Assembly (NCBI GenBank): GCA_044236265.1
Contig: JBIIGV010000017.1
Location: 1-33,637 of the forward strand
DNA: 33,637 nucleotides
Direction of reading: 5' to 3'
Source: Oligoflexales bacterium
Lineage (GTDB): Bacteria > Bdellovibrionota_B > Oligoflexia > Oligoflexales > RGVZ01
In this document: positions 9,474 through 17,807 of the stretch, piece by piece
Layout: every line of letters starts with the position of its first letter
How positions within the stretch are numbered: the stretch's first letter is position 1
The notes under the pieces: generated by a model
What the model was told of the DNA's origin: nothing
Seen by the model: the letters and a program-made list of their open reading frames with translations, nothing else
Database searches by the model: none
Position numbers and translations under genes: made by a program

Positions 9474-10475
9474 TTTCATAACCCTTCCGACAATAGAGCT
9501 GCGCGGAAATTTCCGTCGAACGGCTGACAATGCCTCGTGAGCTCGTTCCTCTGAAACCGAAAATAAAATTCCTCCAGACGTCTGTGGATCGAGCGTTAAC
9601 CAGCGATACTCTTGCGGAGTACTGGTAAAATCCACTTCTTTCTCGACGTAGCGTAAATTTGTACGATGAGCTCGATTCAGTACTTCCGCTTTCAGCAAAT
9701 CTATAGCTCCCTCCAAAGTCGGAAGAGATCTGACGTCAATTTCAACGGAAACTTCACTAGCACGGGCCATCTGAACGAGATGACCAGCCAAACCAAACCC
9801 CGTGATGTCAGTACCAGCACGCACACCCAGACCCTTGAGCAAGTCAGGCACTTGATTCAAGGTTTTCATACTTGATATGGCGTCATCCATGGAGCCCGGA
9901 GAGGCTTTTTTTGATTTCAGGGCCGACGTGATCGTTCCCGTACCGAGTGGTTTTGTCAAAATCAAAACATCCCCAGGCTTTAATTCCGCGTTCGTCCAAA
10001 CTTCGTTTTTAGGTACAAAGCCAGTCACGGAAAATCCAAGCTTTAGCGTTTCATCATCAATACTATGCCCACCCACTAATGATGATCCAGACTCGTGAAT
10101 TTTATCGATTGCACCCTGCATCAGAGGCTTCAAAAGATCTAATGGCAGCGCGGCGGAAGGAAACGCGAGGATCGTCATGGCTGTCTTTGGCGTCCCGCCC
10201 ATTGCATAAACATCAGATATCGAGTTCGCGGCAGCAATTGCGCCGAAGTCATAAGGATCGTCGACAATGGGCGTAAAAAAATCCAACGTCTGAACCATGC
10301 ATCGGCCATCACCAAGATCCCATACACAGGCGTCATCCATTGTTGAGGTACCAACCATCAGCTCCGGAGTTGTGTTAAGCTTCAGGCCACCCAGGACAGC
10401 GCGAAGCTCGTCCGCTGGAAGTTTTGCCGCGCAGCCACCTTTTTTCACCGTCTCAGTCAGTCGAATCGTTTCCAT
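9444..10475 (-). CDS. selD: Selenide, water dikinase (selenophosphate synthetase), Cys form
   Basis: GGCAAKL, DDACV, QTLDFFTPIVDDPYDFGAIAAANSISDVYAMGG, GGHSIDD, LTKPLGTG, TDITGFGLAGHL, DPQTSGG. ATG at 10475 with GGAGGG RBS. Confidence 0.97.
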   Translation of the reverse strand: METIRLTETVKKGGCAAKLPADELRAVLGGLKLNTTPELMVGTSTMDDACVWDLGDGRCMVQTLDFFTPIVDDPYDFGAIAAANSISDVYAMGGTPKTAMTILAFPSAALPLDLLKPLMQGAIDKIHESGSSLVGGHSIDDETLKLGFSVTGFVPKNEVWTNAELKPGDVLILTKPLGTGTITSALKSKKASPGSMDDAISSMKTLNQVPDLLKGLGVRAGTDITGFGLAGHLVQMARASEVSVEIDVRSLPTLEGAIDLLKAEVLNRAHRTNLRYVEKEVDFTSTPQEYRWLTLDPQTSGGILFSVSEERAHEALSAVRRKFPRSSIVGRVMKSVDSRVRFT

Positions 10476-10715
10476 AACAAAAATACCCTCCAAAAATGGA
10501 TCTATGAAGCTATGTCCGGGAGCATTTATTGTCCACGCAAATTAGCCATCAACGCACGAGAAACTGAAAGCTGTGAAACCCAAACTTTAGGCCTGATTGC
10601 CGATGGTTGGCACTAAATCAACACCAGCACAGTCCTGCAAATGTCTTTGGACTATTCATCATCTTCCATGCTCTGATGCGGCCACATTGTGAGTCACCAT
10701 GAATAAAGGAGCATC

Positions 10716-11141
10716 ATGGCCACTGTATTACCATCCTGCTTAACCCTGATACTCTCCATTTCATTTGCGTTCGCTGCAACCTCTTGGGCTGCTTCTATGG
10801 CATACAAAACCCGTCGTCTCCAAACCCATAGCTACCGCGAGGAGTTTGAAGCTCATCGATGTGGGCGAGCCCTTGCTGCCCTCGAGAATATCCGATCAGT
10901 CAGCATGATTCTAAAACACTTGGAGCCCGAAGAATCTCTCCGTATCGACAATGCTGTCAAAATCCTTACACACCGCATTGAACTATCGCTGCATCCCAGC
11001 AGCACAATCAGAGCCCAAACCTGTCGACGGGCCAAATCTGATTTGCCCGTGGCCGGTCTTTACCGCTACGACCGCTTCAAAAGCAGAGCTGGCGAATCCA
11101 ACTATGGATACAGACTTATATCAACAACTGGAGAGCTCTAA
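10716..11141 (+). CDS. Hypothetical membrane-anchored protein, possibly TadE/TadG-like pseudopilin
   Basis: Strong AAAGGAG RBS; single N-terminal hydrophobic helix; first gene of a tight cassette ending in a secretin-like gene. The pilin identity is inferred from context. Confidence 0.55.
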   Translation: MATVLPSCLTLILSISFAFAATSWAASMAYKTRRLQTHSYREEFEAHRCGRALAALENIRSVSMILKHLEPEESLRIDNAVKILTHRIELSLHPSSTIRAQTCRRAKSDLPVAGLYRYDRFKSRAGESNYGYRLISTTGEL

Positions 11142-11144
11142 ACG

Positions 11145-11438
11145 ATGGCAAATCTCCTTCCAGGGCTATCATCGCTACTCATCTCACTATGGATCGGTGA
11201 GGGTACACTCTTTAAACAAAAGACACTCTTCAGAGATCTTGTCTATCATTCGCGAAAGACCGATTGTCCCATTGAAGCCATCACGTCCACAGAAGAGCAG
11301 ATCTATGATCACAACATTCTAAAATCATGCCTAATGCCAGACCTATCCTCATTTAGGGGACAACATGACATAACCCCACAAGAACTGATTGTCATGATGA
11401 TCTCGAGCTGTGAAAGCGAGGCATGCCATGAACGCTGA
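11145..11438 (+). CDS. Small hypothetical protein with N-terminal hydrophobic helix and 4 Cys
   Basis: Starts 3 nt after the previous stop with GGAGAG upstream; overlaps the next gene. Confidence 0.55.
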   Translation: MANLLPGLSSLLISLWIGEGTLFKQKTLFRDLVYHSRKTDCPIEAITSTEEQIYDHNILKSCLMPDLSSFRGQHDITPQELIVMMISSCESEACHER

Positions 11439-11865
11439 AGCCATACCAGGCAAGGTGCTAACAATTGGTGCCGCATTCATTACAGGCTTTGTAGTTGCAT
11501 CCTGGACATTGCCTGCGCTCAATCAAAAACCCCGGGTATCAAGCCAAGATCCCGGGATTTACCTGGTCTTACCAGCACGAGACTTCACCACTCCGGGTCG
11601 CATCACAAGCATGAAGGGACAACTTGTACAACTCATACGAAAGTCAACAACGGACTTAGATGGACCTTGCATGATTAACCACAAACCAGCACGTCTGCAA
11701 ACTAGTGATCAAAATATCTTTTTAGAACTAGGGCTGGATGGATTGGAAAGCTTAGCTTTGAATCTATTGCCTAGTGATCTGAAACAACCTGATGTTGAGG
11801 ATATCAAAGCAACAACACGGACTCGGTCATGCGCTGTGCATCCAAGGATTAGCTATGGCTCGTAG
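11428..11865 (+). CDS. Hypothetical protein, possibly a divergent CpaB/RcpC-like pilus assembly protein
   Basis: ATG 11428 with GAGG RBS; N-terminal TM helix followed by a beta-rich region; directly upstream of the secretin, where cpaB usually lies. Confidence 0.5.
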   Translation: MNAEAIPGKVLTIGAAFITGFVVASWTLPALNQKPRVSSQDPGIYLVLPARDFTTPGRITSMKGQLVQLIRKSTTDLDGPCMINHKPARLQTSDQNIFLELGLDGLESLALNLLPSDLKQPDVEDIKATTRTRSCAVHPRISYGS

Positions 11866-12808
11866 ACTTTTGTTTAAGACTCTTATTACGATAGCGATCA
11901 TTGCAACCAAACCATCTTTGGCAGGTGATCTCGAGAAAATTCACATGATCGTGGGCGAAAGTCGAGATATCAAGTTCGAACGCGCATTAAAAGTACACAT
12001 TAGCCGTAAAGGTATCGTCCATCTAATTCACCAGCACGACGACCGTTGGCAGCTAACTGCACTCAGATCCGGCATGGTTGCTATCGAAATAAAATCACCA
12101 CAGCAGCTATCCAGGACAATCTATGTTCATGTCAAACAACCCGAGACGGGTAAAAAATTGGGATTCCATAGCACAAAACCAACTCTTTCTTCGTGCTCGT
12201 CTCCAACGACTATGGATGTACAACAATTTCAAGTGCTGACCACAGTCGAGATGGCTAACAGTATAAAGGCAAAATCTACAGGTCACGGAGTCATGAGTGC
12301 TATCAAGTTGACGCCGTCCCAACAAAACGCCTTTGTCAGTTTTGATGCTGATTTGACGGATTCATCCCAAGATCGCAAAATCATCGGTGATCCGATCATC
12401 ACAGCCAACCCTTGTACCGACATTGAAATTCACGCGGGAGGCGAAGAACAGACCGAGTCTCGTACAGGAACCGACGCAATCGTTAGCGCCTGGAAACAAC
12501 ATGGATTATCGCTTCGAATGAAACTTATCCCCATGAATCGGCTTACTGTGCGAGTCCCCTACTCAATATCTTTAAGAACACCGGCAAAACGAAACGGCTC
12601 TTACGGCCTTAGCGAGGCAAAATCATCCATAGACCTAAATTTCGGCGAGAGAAAATTGGCTGCTGTCATCAATCTTTCATCCTCGGCAGAGGAGACTCGT
12701 CGGCCATTTGCCGTCGCTGACATTCCCATCATCGGACCCATCTTGACTGGCAAAACAGAATCCCAGTCGTTTTCAAAGCTCATTATTTGGCTGGAAGTAC
12801 GACCCTAG
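11855..12808 (+). CDS. Short, divergent RcpA/CpaC-like secretin (pilus N-terminal domain + secretin domain)
   Basis: Signal peptide; N-domain IHMIVGESRDI...LTALRSGMVAIEI; secretin-like GDPIITAN, IHAGGE, WKQHGLSLRMKLIP, PFAVADIPIIGPIL and terminal SKLIIWLEVRP. 317 aa from ATG 11855 (AAGGA RBS). Confidence 0.7.
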   Translation: MARRLLFKTLITIAIIATKPSLAGDLEKIHMIVGESRDIKFERALKVHISRKGIVHLIHQHDDRWQLTALRSGMVAIEIKSPQQLSRTIYVHVKQPETGKKLGFHSTKPTLSSCSSPTTMDVQQFQVLTTVEMANSIKAKSTGHGVMSAIKLTPSQQNAFVSFDADLTDSSQDRKIIGDPIITANPCTDIEIHAGGEEQTESRTGTDAIVSAWKQHGLSLRMKLIPMNRLTVRVPYSISLRTPAKRNGSYGLSEAKSSIDLNFGERKLAAVINLSSSAEETRRPFAVADIPIIGPILTGKTESQSFSKLIIWLEVRP

Positions 12809-12841
12809 AAATTTAACTGGCGATAACAACTGTTTCAGATC

Positions 12842-13162
12842 TCAACTTAGACACAAACCTTGCATCAAAATCTTGTTGGTCCAGCTGAAAAACCCCAAAC
12901 TTGTACTGTATTGGGTTGTTATACCTTGAATGCGGCCATCTTTACATTTGGCCTGGAGATCTTGATAAGCCTTATCCACGTAATTAGATTCGGTGACAAA
13001 ACCCATAATGACAAATTGCTCTGACTTAGCCTTCACAATCTTACCAGACTCAAATGATCCATAGGGTTCAAAATCACTGACGTGAACTTGGTGAATGGAA
13101 TGCATGCAACTTGCACCACAAAAGAGCGCTACGATAAGAGGAAATAATTTTTTCACTGACAT
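12842..13162 (-). CDS. Small lipoprotein (paralog 3 of 3)
   Basis: GGAGGG RBS; lipobox-like GAS|C; YVDKAYQDLQAKCKDGRIQGI...GLC. Confidence 0.8.
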   Translation of the reverse strand: MSVKKLFPLIVALFCGASCMHSIHQVHVSDFEPYGSFESGKIVKAKSEQFVIMGFVTESNYVDKAYQDLQAKCKDGRIQGITTQYSTSLGFFSWTNKILMQGLCLS

Positions 13163-13170
13163 CACCCTCC

Positions 13171-13482
13171 TTAGGCCTTACTGCAATATCCGGATGCTGT
13201 GATTCTGCGCTTAACGACTAAGCCAATAAAATAATTGGCATACTCGTCCTTGGTTAATATGCCCTGAACTTTTCCGCCAGAGCATTTTTCTCTTAAATCC
13301 TCGCTGATTTTATCAACGAAATCGTTGTCAAAATTAGCAGCAAAGAAAATCCACTTTTCAGTTGTCGCAGTAACCTTGTTGGTTCGTTTCTCGGGAATTT
13401 GAGTCAAAGAGACACTTTGCACATGAACGCACGATACGAGCCCTAGCACGACCATGCCTTGAGAAATTATACGACGCAGCAT
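13171..13482 (-). CDS. Small lipoprotein (paralog 2 of 3)
   Basis: AAGGAG RBS; lipobox LVS|C; FVDKISEDLREKCSGGKVQGI...GYC; TAATG coupling to the upstream gene. Confidence 0.82.
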   Translation of the reverse strand: MLRRIISQGMVVLGLVSCVHVQSVSLTQIPEKRTNKVTATTEKWIFFAANFDNDFVDKISEDLREKCSGGKVQGILTKDEYANYFIGLVVKRRITASGYCSKA

Positions 13483-14003
13483 TAAATCGTCTCCTTTTTA
13501 GATTTTGATTTTGATTTAGTTTTAGGCGAGCCATTTGACTCACTACTTGATTTTTGCGCTGAATTTCTCGGAAGCATGCAGTAGCCTTTGATCTTTACAA
13601 TTTCTCCGCTAATAACCGGGTACTTACGCATTTCGCGAATCGAGACCAACCCCGTCACCCGCCCTGATGGACACTCTTTATATAGATCATTTACGATATT
13701 TTGTGCGTAGGACTCTGAAAAAACTGGCACACCCGTGCGAGGACCCTGCTGAAACAGCTGAATAATCCCCATCACGCCGTCGATATCTTTTTGCGCTGTC
13801 TTGGAACGCGACAGGGCCTTCGCCACTTTACCGGCTTCTTCAAAGTCGACTCCCGTTTCGCTAACTTTCAGCTCAAACGGACGCAACGCAAACTTCGGAT
13901 CATCGTTTAGATCGCCAACCTGAGTTTTGTGGAGAACGGCGCAAGAATTTACAGCCACCAGAATGATTAGCAAATTGAAAAACTTCAAACATGAGTTCAT
14001 CAT
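13482..14003 (-). CDS. Lipoprotein (paralog 1 of 3) with helical insertion and Lys/Ser-rich tail
   Basis: Lipobox-like VNS|C; YAQNIVNDLYKECPSGRVTGL...GYC; C-terminal SPKTKSKSKSKKETI. Confidence 0.82.
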   Translation of the reverse strand: MMNSCLKFFNLLIILVAVNSCAVLHKTQVGDLNDDPKFALRPFELKVSETGVDFEEAGKVAKALSRSKTAQKDIDGVMGIIQLFQQGPRTGVPVFSESYAQNIVNDLYKECPSGRVTGLVSIREMRKYPVISGEIVKIKGYCMLPRNSAQKSSSESNGSPKTKSKSKSKKETI

Positions 14004-14030
14004 TGATCCTTGTAAAAAGAAGGTCCTCTC

Positions 14031-14076
14031 ATGTTCCGCGAGAGCTTCAAATGTGTCAATAATTTTTAAAAAATTA
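14031..14076 (-). promoter_or_regulatory. Candidate sigma70-type promoter for the lipoprotein operon with an AT-rich palindrome upstream
   Basis: Minus strand TTGACA (14059-14054), 17-nt spacer, weak -10 GAACAT. The 17-bp palindrome TAATTTTT-A-AAAAATTA (14060-14076) abuts the -35. Confidence 0.45.
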
Positions 14077-14115
14077 CGCTAATCGTCAGCGTCTGATTAT
14101 TAAACCGACTCCAGG

Positions 14116-16506
14116 TCACAGATCCGATTGTACTGCCATTCCGTAAAAGTTCCGCCCCCAACTCGTAAGGATATCTGCAGAAACTTTGCGCAGTTCATAG
14201 CCTGCAAACAACGAGAATCGCCAAAGGGGAAAAAGTCGCGCCTTCGCGTCGGCTTTTAACGTTTGAGTGCTGTCAGAACCACCCTCATTAAACGATCGAT
14301 TTTTGAATCGTCCCTCAACCGAGTAACTCCATCGATCGGCCGCTTGCCACATTAATTGCCCATCAAATATAGAAAGGGAGTGATCATAGCGTCCCATCTC
14401 CGGCGTTCGATAATCTACCGACCCCGAGCCTAGACTAAAAGACCAACCCAGCGGATGGCCTAGAGACTTGAAGCCAGCAAAAAACTTTAAGTCCACATGG
14501 CTGTGGTCGACCTCACCTGTGTAGCGCTCCATATCGAGATCGAACAAGTCGGCTCCGCCTGGACTTGGATCAAAGTATTTATCTGACTGAAGACTTACAA
14601 AAAACCCGGTCCAACTTGGTCTATGAGCCTCCATAACAAAGCCGTACCGATCTCTCTGGGACTCACCGCCAACTATACCAAGACCCATTCGCGCCCCTGT
14701 GGAAATATTCCAGCGATCGATGTCACCGTTATTGCCAAAACTTCCAATTTTAAAATCCACCCCGAGAACATGTTCGGACGTCGATGCAAACGATAAACTC
14801 GCAGCCATGGGCGTCTGAAAGTTGTGCCAACCTTGCACTCTAAAACTCGATTGCCCCGCTATAGGACGCTCTGTCCACCAGTCAGCATTAAGCGCAGTCT
14901 TGATAGCTCGACTCGCCTTTAATTTAATTGGCAGCGGGGTTGACGTTTTTGAATTGAGAGGAACAGCCTGGCTATCCATGTAAACTGCAGCCGACACCTC
15001 CGCTCCCTTTGGTCTGCGCGTATACCAGGCAACATAAGCCTGTCGCGCGGCCACTTTACTCTCTTTTTCCGCCCACCACGTGACTTCCAACCAGCGAAGC
15101 TTCTGGGTCCCATCCTTGATAGCATCAGCAGATAAAACAGCGGCAACTCCAAGCTCTGATAGGGGCTGATAATCACGCGCATAAGCCTGATCAAACCAAT
15201 GTAGCGCCAGATCATGCCGGTTGAGATTTTGATACGACTTTCCAATCATGAACGCCGTTTGTGGAGGATCAATCTTCATTTCATTTAACCGGGAAAACGT
15301 CCCTAGACTTTTGCCAAACATATTCAAGCTGAACTGGCACATGCCGACGATTTTCAAACGATCCATGGATTTCTTATCACTGGCTTGACGAATGTTCAAA
15401 ACATCCAGGGCACTGGCACAGTCAGCTTGATCTTTAAATTTTTGGGCGACAACAATACGCTCCGCCAGCGTACGTCTGTCAGAAAATAAAATATAGTCGC
15501 TGCGCCACCGATCAACAGCGCCAGTGAGTTGCTCCGTGAACCACCACGGAGACCATTTGGACACCCAAGATGAGGAGTCATCACCGCGAAAATCCTCCGG
15601 ATCCATACCCACACACATGAACTCACTGTTTAGCACCAACATTCCGGCTCGACGAATTCCGACTGGGACAGCTTTGGCCTTTGCGCGACAACTCACGGTC
15701 AGAGACTGCGACTGAAAATTTTGAATAATCGCTCGACTTTCATTTTTGGTCAGACTTCCAACCTCTAAACCAACTAACGAGGAGCCCTTGACCTGGACCT
15801 CGCCACCTGCAACTACAAGCATATTCGTGACATCATTACTTTCGGCATGCGACCGCCACAATGCCCGCCCAGAAAGTAATTCAAACCGACCGTCCTTACT
15901 GACGGTAAACTTAGCTGATTCGGACAATAACACCTGCTCTGGCATACCGATGCGACGGATAATCCCCAAGCCTCCCGCAGAAACCGTATAGACGGCTTCT
16001 GACGACGGGACAGAGAACATAGACACCTGAACGATTTCCTTGGGACGAGCTGGATGAGTAAACGAAAATCCGCCGTCGCGCTCTACGATGAGCCACTGCC
16101 CTTTGGCCACGGACTTGGGCGTTTCATCCGGAGCGAGGACATCAGGAGTCAATGTCTTGGGTGTGTATAAAGGTGGCGCGTCCATGGCACTGACGAACGT
16201 TTGAGATAAGGAAACTCCAGATTCATCCTCAACTACAACATCAATTACAGTCTTGCCTGGGGAAAATGACGATGTGTCAACAACGCAACTATCAGATTTG
16301 CAAATGACGCGACCCTCGCTCCACCATTCGATCGTGGGCTGATCGCCAGTTGTTGCCACGCGCAGTGTCAATTGGTCACCCCGCGTTACCTTCAGGTCGC
16401 GAGGCGTGAGTCCGCTAATTTGAGCCGCGGATAAAGACTGATTCACACAAAAAAAGAGATAAAAACTGAGGAGAAAACATTTCTCTTTGCTTAGTATTTG
16501 CCTCAT
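14116..16506 (-). CDS. Large exported protein: Ig-like + FecR-like + TPR + probable C-terminal outer-membrane beta-barrel
   Basis: Signal peptide; Ig-like RGDQLTLRVATT...IEWW...C..C; FecR-like FELLSGRALW...EVQVKGS; TPR-like AFMIGKSYQNLNRHDLALHWFDQA; C-terminal ~290 aa of alternating beta-strands rich in aromatics and Gly. Start may be 16506 or 16527-16530. Confidence 0.65.
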   Translation of the reverse strand: MRQILSKEKCFLLSFYLFFCVNQSLSAAQISGLTPRDLKVTRGDQLTLRVATTGDQPTIEWWSEGRVICKSDSCVVDTSSFSPGKTVIDVVVEDESGVSLSQTFVSAMDAPPLYTPKTLTPDVLAPDETPKSVAKGQWLIVERDGGFSFTHPARPKEIVQVSMFSVPSSEAVYTVSAGGLGIIRRIGMPEQVLLSESAKFTVSKDGRFELLSGRALWRSHAESNDVTNMLVVAGGEVQVKGSSLVGLEVGSLTKNESRAIIQNFQSQSLTVSCRAKAKAVPVGIRRAGMLVLNSEFMCVGMDPEDFRGDDSSSWVSKWSPWWFTEQLTGAVDRWRSDYILFSDRRTLAERIVVAQKFKDQADCASALDVLNIRQASDKKSMDRLKIVGMCQFSLNMFGKSLGTFSRLNEMKIDPPQTAFMIGKSYQNLNRHDLALHWFDQAYARDYQPLSELGVAAVLSADAIKDGTQKLRWLEVTWWAEKESKVAARQAYVAWYTRRPKGAEVSAAVYMDSQAVPLNSKTSTPLPIKLKASRAIKTALNADWWTERPIAGQSSFRVQGWHNFQTPMAASLSFASTSEHVLGVDFKIGSFGNNGDIDRWNISTGARMGLGIVGGESQRDRYGFVMEAHRPSWTGFFVSLQSDKYFDPSPGGADLFDLDMERYTGEVDHSHVDLKFFAGFKSLGHPLGWSFSLGSGSVDYRTPEMGRYDHSLSIFDGQLMWQAADRWSYSVEGRFKNRSFNEGGSDSTQTLKADAKARLFPLWRFSLFAGYELRKVSADILTSWGRNFYGMAVQSDL

Positions 16507-16526
16507 TACAATCTCTTGCCAAAACA

Positions 16527-17006
16527 TCACTTCAGCTTCTTACGCAGAGCCGCCTCAACTGGCGGAGGAACGAGTCCTTTAATTTTACCGCCAAGGCTAG
16601 CCACCTCTTTGACTAAAGAGGAGCTGATATTAGAGTATTGCTGCATACACGGCATAAATACCGTCTCGATGGTTCCAGCCAAATGATGATTCATATGCGC
16701 CATCTGCATCTCATACCCAAAATCCTGCGCATCACGAAGACCCCGAATCAAAACACTGCAACCCTCACGCTTTGCAAAGTCGGCTGTCAGACCAGAGAAA
16801 GACTTAATTGAGACATTTTTTAAACCCTTGCAGCAGTGTTTGAGGAGCTCAATGCGTTCTTTATCGCTAAAGAGGCCAGGCTTCTTTGGGTTGTGTCCCA
16901 CACCAATGACCAAACGATCAAAGATACGACTTGCTCGGACAATAATGTCCATGTGTCCCATGGTAACTGGATCAAAGCTTCCCGCATACAGAGCTACAGC
17001 TGACAT
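16527..17006 (-). CDS. coaD: Phosphopantetheine adenylyltransferase
   Basis: YAGSFDPVTMGHMDI, IRGLRDAQDFGYEMQMA, ISSSLVKEVA. Confidence 0.97.
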   Translation of the reverse strand: MSAVALYAGSFDPVTMGHMDIIVRASRIFDRLVIGVGHNPKKPGLFSDKERIELLKHCCKGLKNVSIKSFSGLTADFAKREGCSVLIRGLRDAQDFGYEMQMAHMNHHLAGTIETVFMPCMQQYSNISSSLVKEVASLGGKIKGLVPPPVEAALRKKLK

Positions 17007-17063
17007 GTTCACCTCAAAGTCATTGGAGGATCATCGAAATTCAGCCTTTAGTGTCTCAAATGA

Positions 17064-17645
17064 TTAAGATTTTCGCCAGATTGATATCAGGGAAACACCG
17101 TACTCGCGCTGTTTCTCAAGCATTAGACCGGAGCCGAGCCCCCAGGACGCTATGAGCTCCTCGGCATCCAAACCGGATTCAAGCGCGAAGATTCCGCCCG
17201 GGCTCAAAATACGGCTAAGGTCGACCTCAGAGCCCGTCAAAAACCCGTCCACCAACTCGTAGGGGGGATCCGCCCAGATCAGCTCAAAGCTGTTATCGGG
17301 GGTCGACTTTACAAATTGAAGGGCATCCATCGTAGACAGTTGCCAGGGCTTAAGCGGAATACCCTGCTTACTGGCCCTTGCCTCAGCTTCTGCCATATTT
17401 ACACGTAAACACTTGGTGGCGGGCTGCGAAATCTCCACAAACTGCGCTCCGACCGCACCGCGACTGACGAGCTCAATCCCCACAGCGCCACTTCCAGCAA
17501 ACAGATCCAAAACCCGCGCCTCAGGTATCCACGGCTGAAGCATGTTGACGGCAGACTGACGCACACGCTCCCTGGTCGGGCGTGTGTCGAAACCTTCAGG
17601 CGTCAATATTTTCAGGCCTTTGCTCCAGCCGGAGGAAATTTTCAA
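17064..17645 (-). CDS. rsmD: 16S rRNA (guanine(966)-N2)-methyltransferase
   Basis: TRPTRERVRQS, LDLFAGSGAVGIELVSRGA, ADPPY, YG; TTG start with GGGGAG RBS; conserved rsmD-coaD order. Confidence 0.94.
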   Translation of the reverse strand: MKISSGWSKGLKILTPEGFDTRPTRERVRQSAVNMLQPWIPEARVLDLFAGSGAVGIELVSRGAVGAQFVEISQPATKCLRVNMAEAEARASKQGIPLKPWQLSTMDALQFVKSTPDNSFELIWADPPYELVDGFLTGSEVDLSRILSPGGIFALESGLDAEELIASWGLGSGLMLEKQREYGVSLISIWRKS

Positions 17646-17807
17646 GGCGATGACTCCCCGATTCCTAAATCTTCAAAAAAGTCAGGATTTTTTATTATCG
17701 CTCTCAGGCGCAATTTGCACTTGATATTTGTCCCATATGGCTTATGAAAGAAATCTATTTCATTAATATTTATCGTCTCCAACCTTCATGTGAGGACGCC
17801 ACAAAAG

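Noticed and set aside
10425..10440. Selenocysteine (UGA) in the SelD active site or a SECIS element
   Set aside because: The codon is TGC (GGCAAK) and the frame is uninterrupted. I saw no in-frame TGA read-through candidate in the neighbouring genes.
10550..10640. c-di-GMP-I riboswitch, sigma54 or sigma28 promoter upstream of the secretin cassette
   Set aside because: It lacks the GGCAAA/GACGCAAA cores. TGGCAC is not followed by TTGC at the right spacing. CAAACTTT-N10-GCCGATGG is one base short and mismatched. An Infernal scan would settle it.
10951..11322. 123-aa alternative-frame ORF spanning the first two cassette genes
   Set aside because: No RBS and an implausible composition; the 10716 and 11145 ORFs have RBSs and tile the region.
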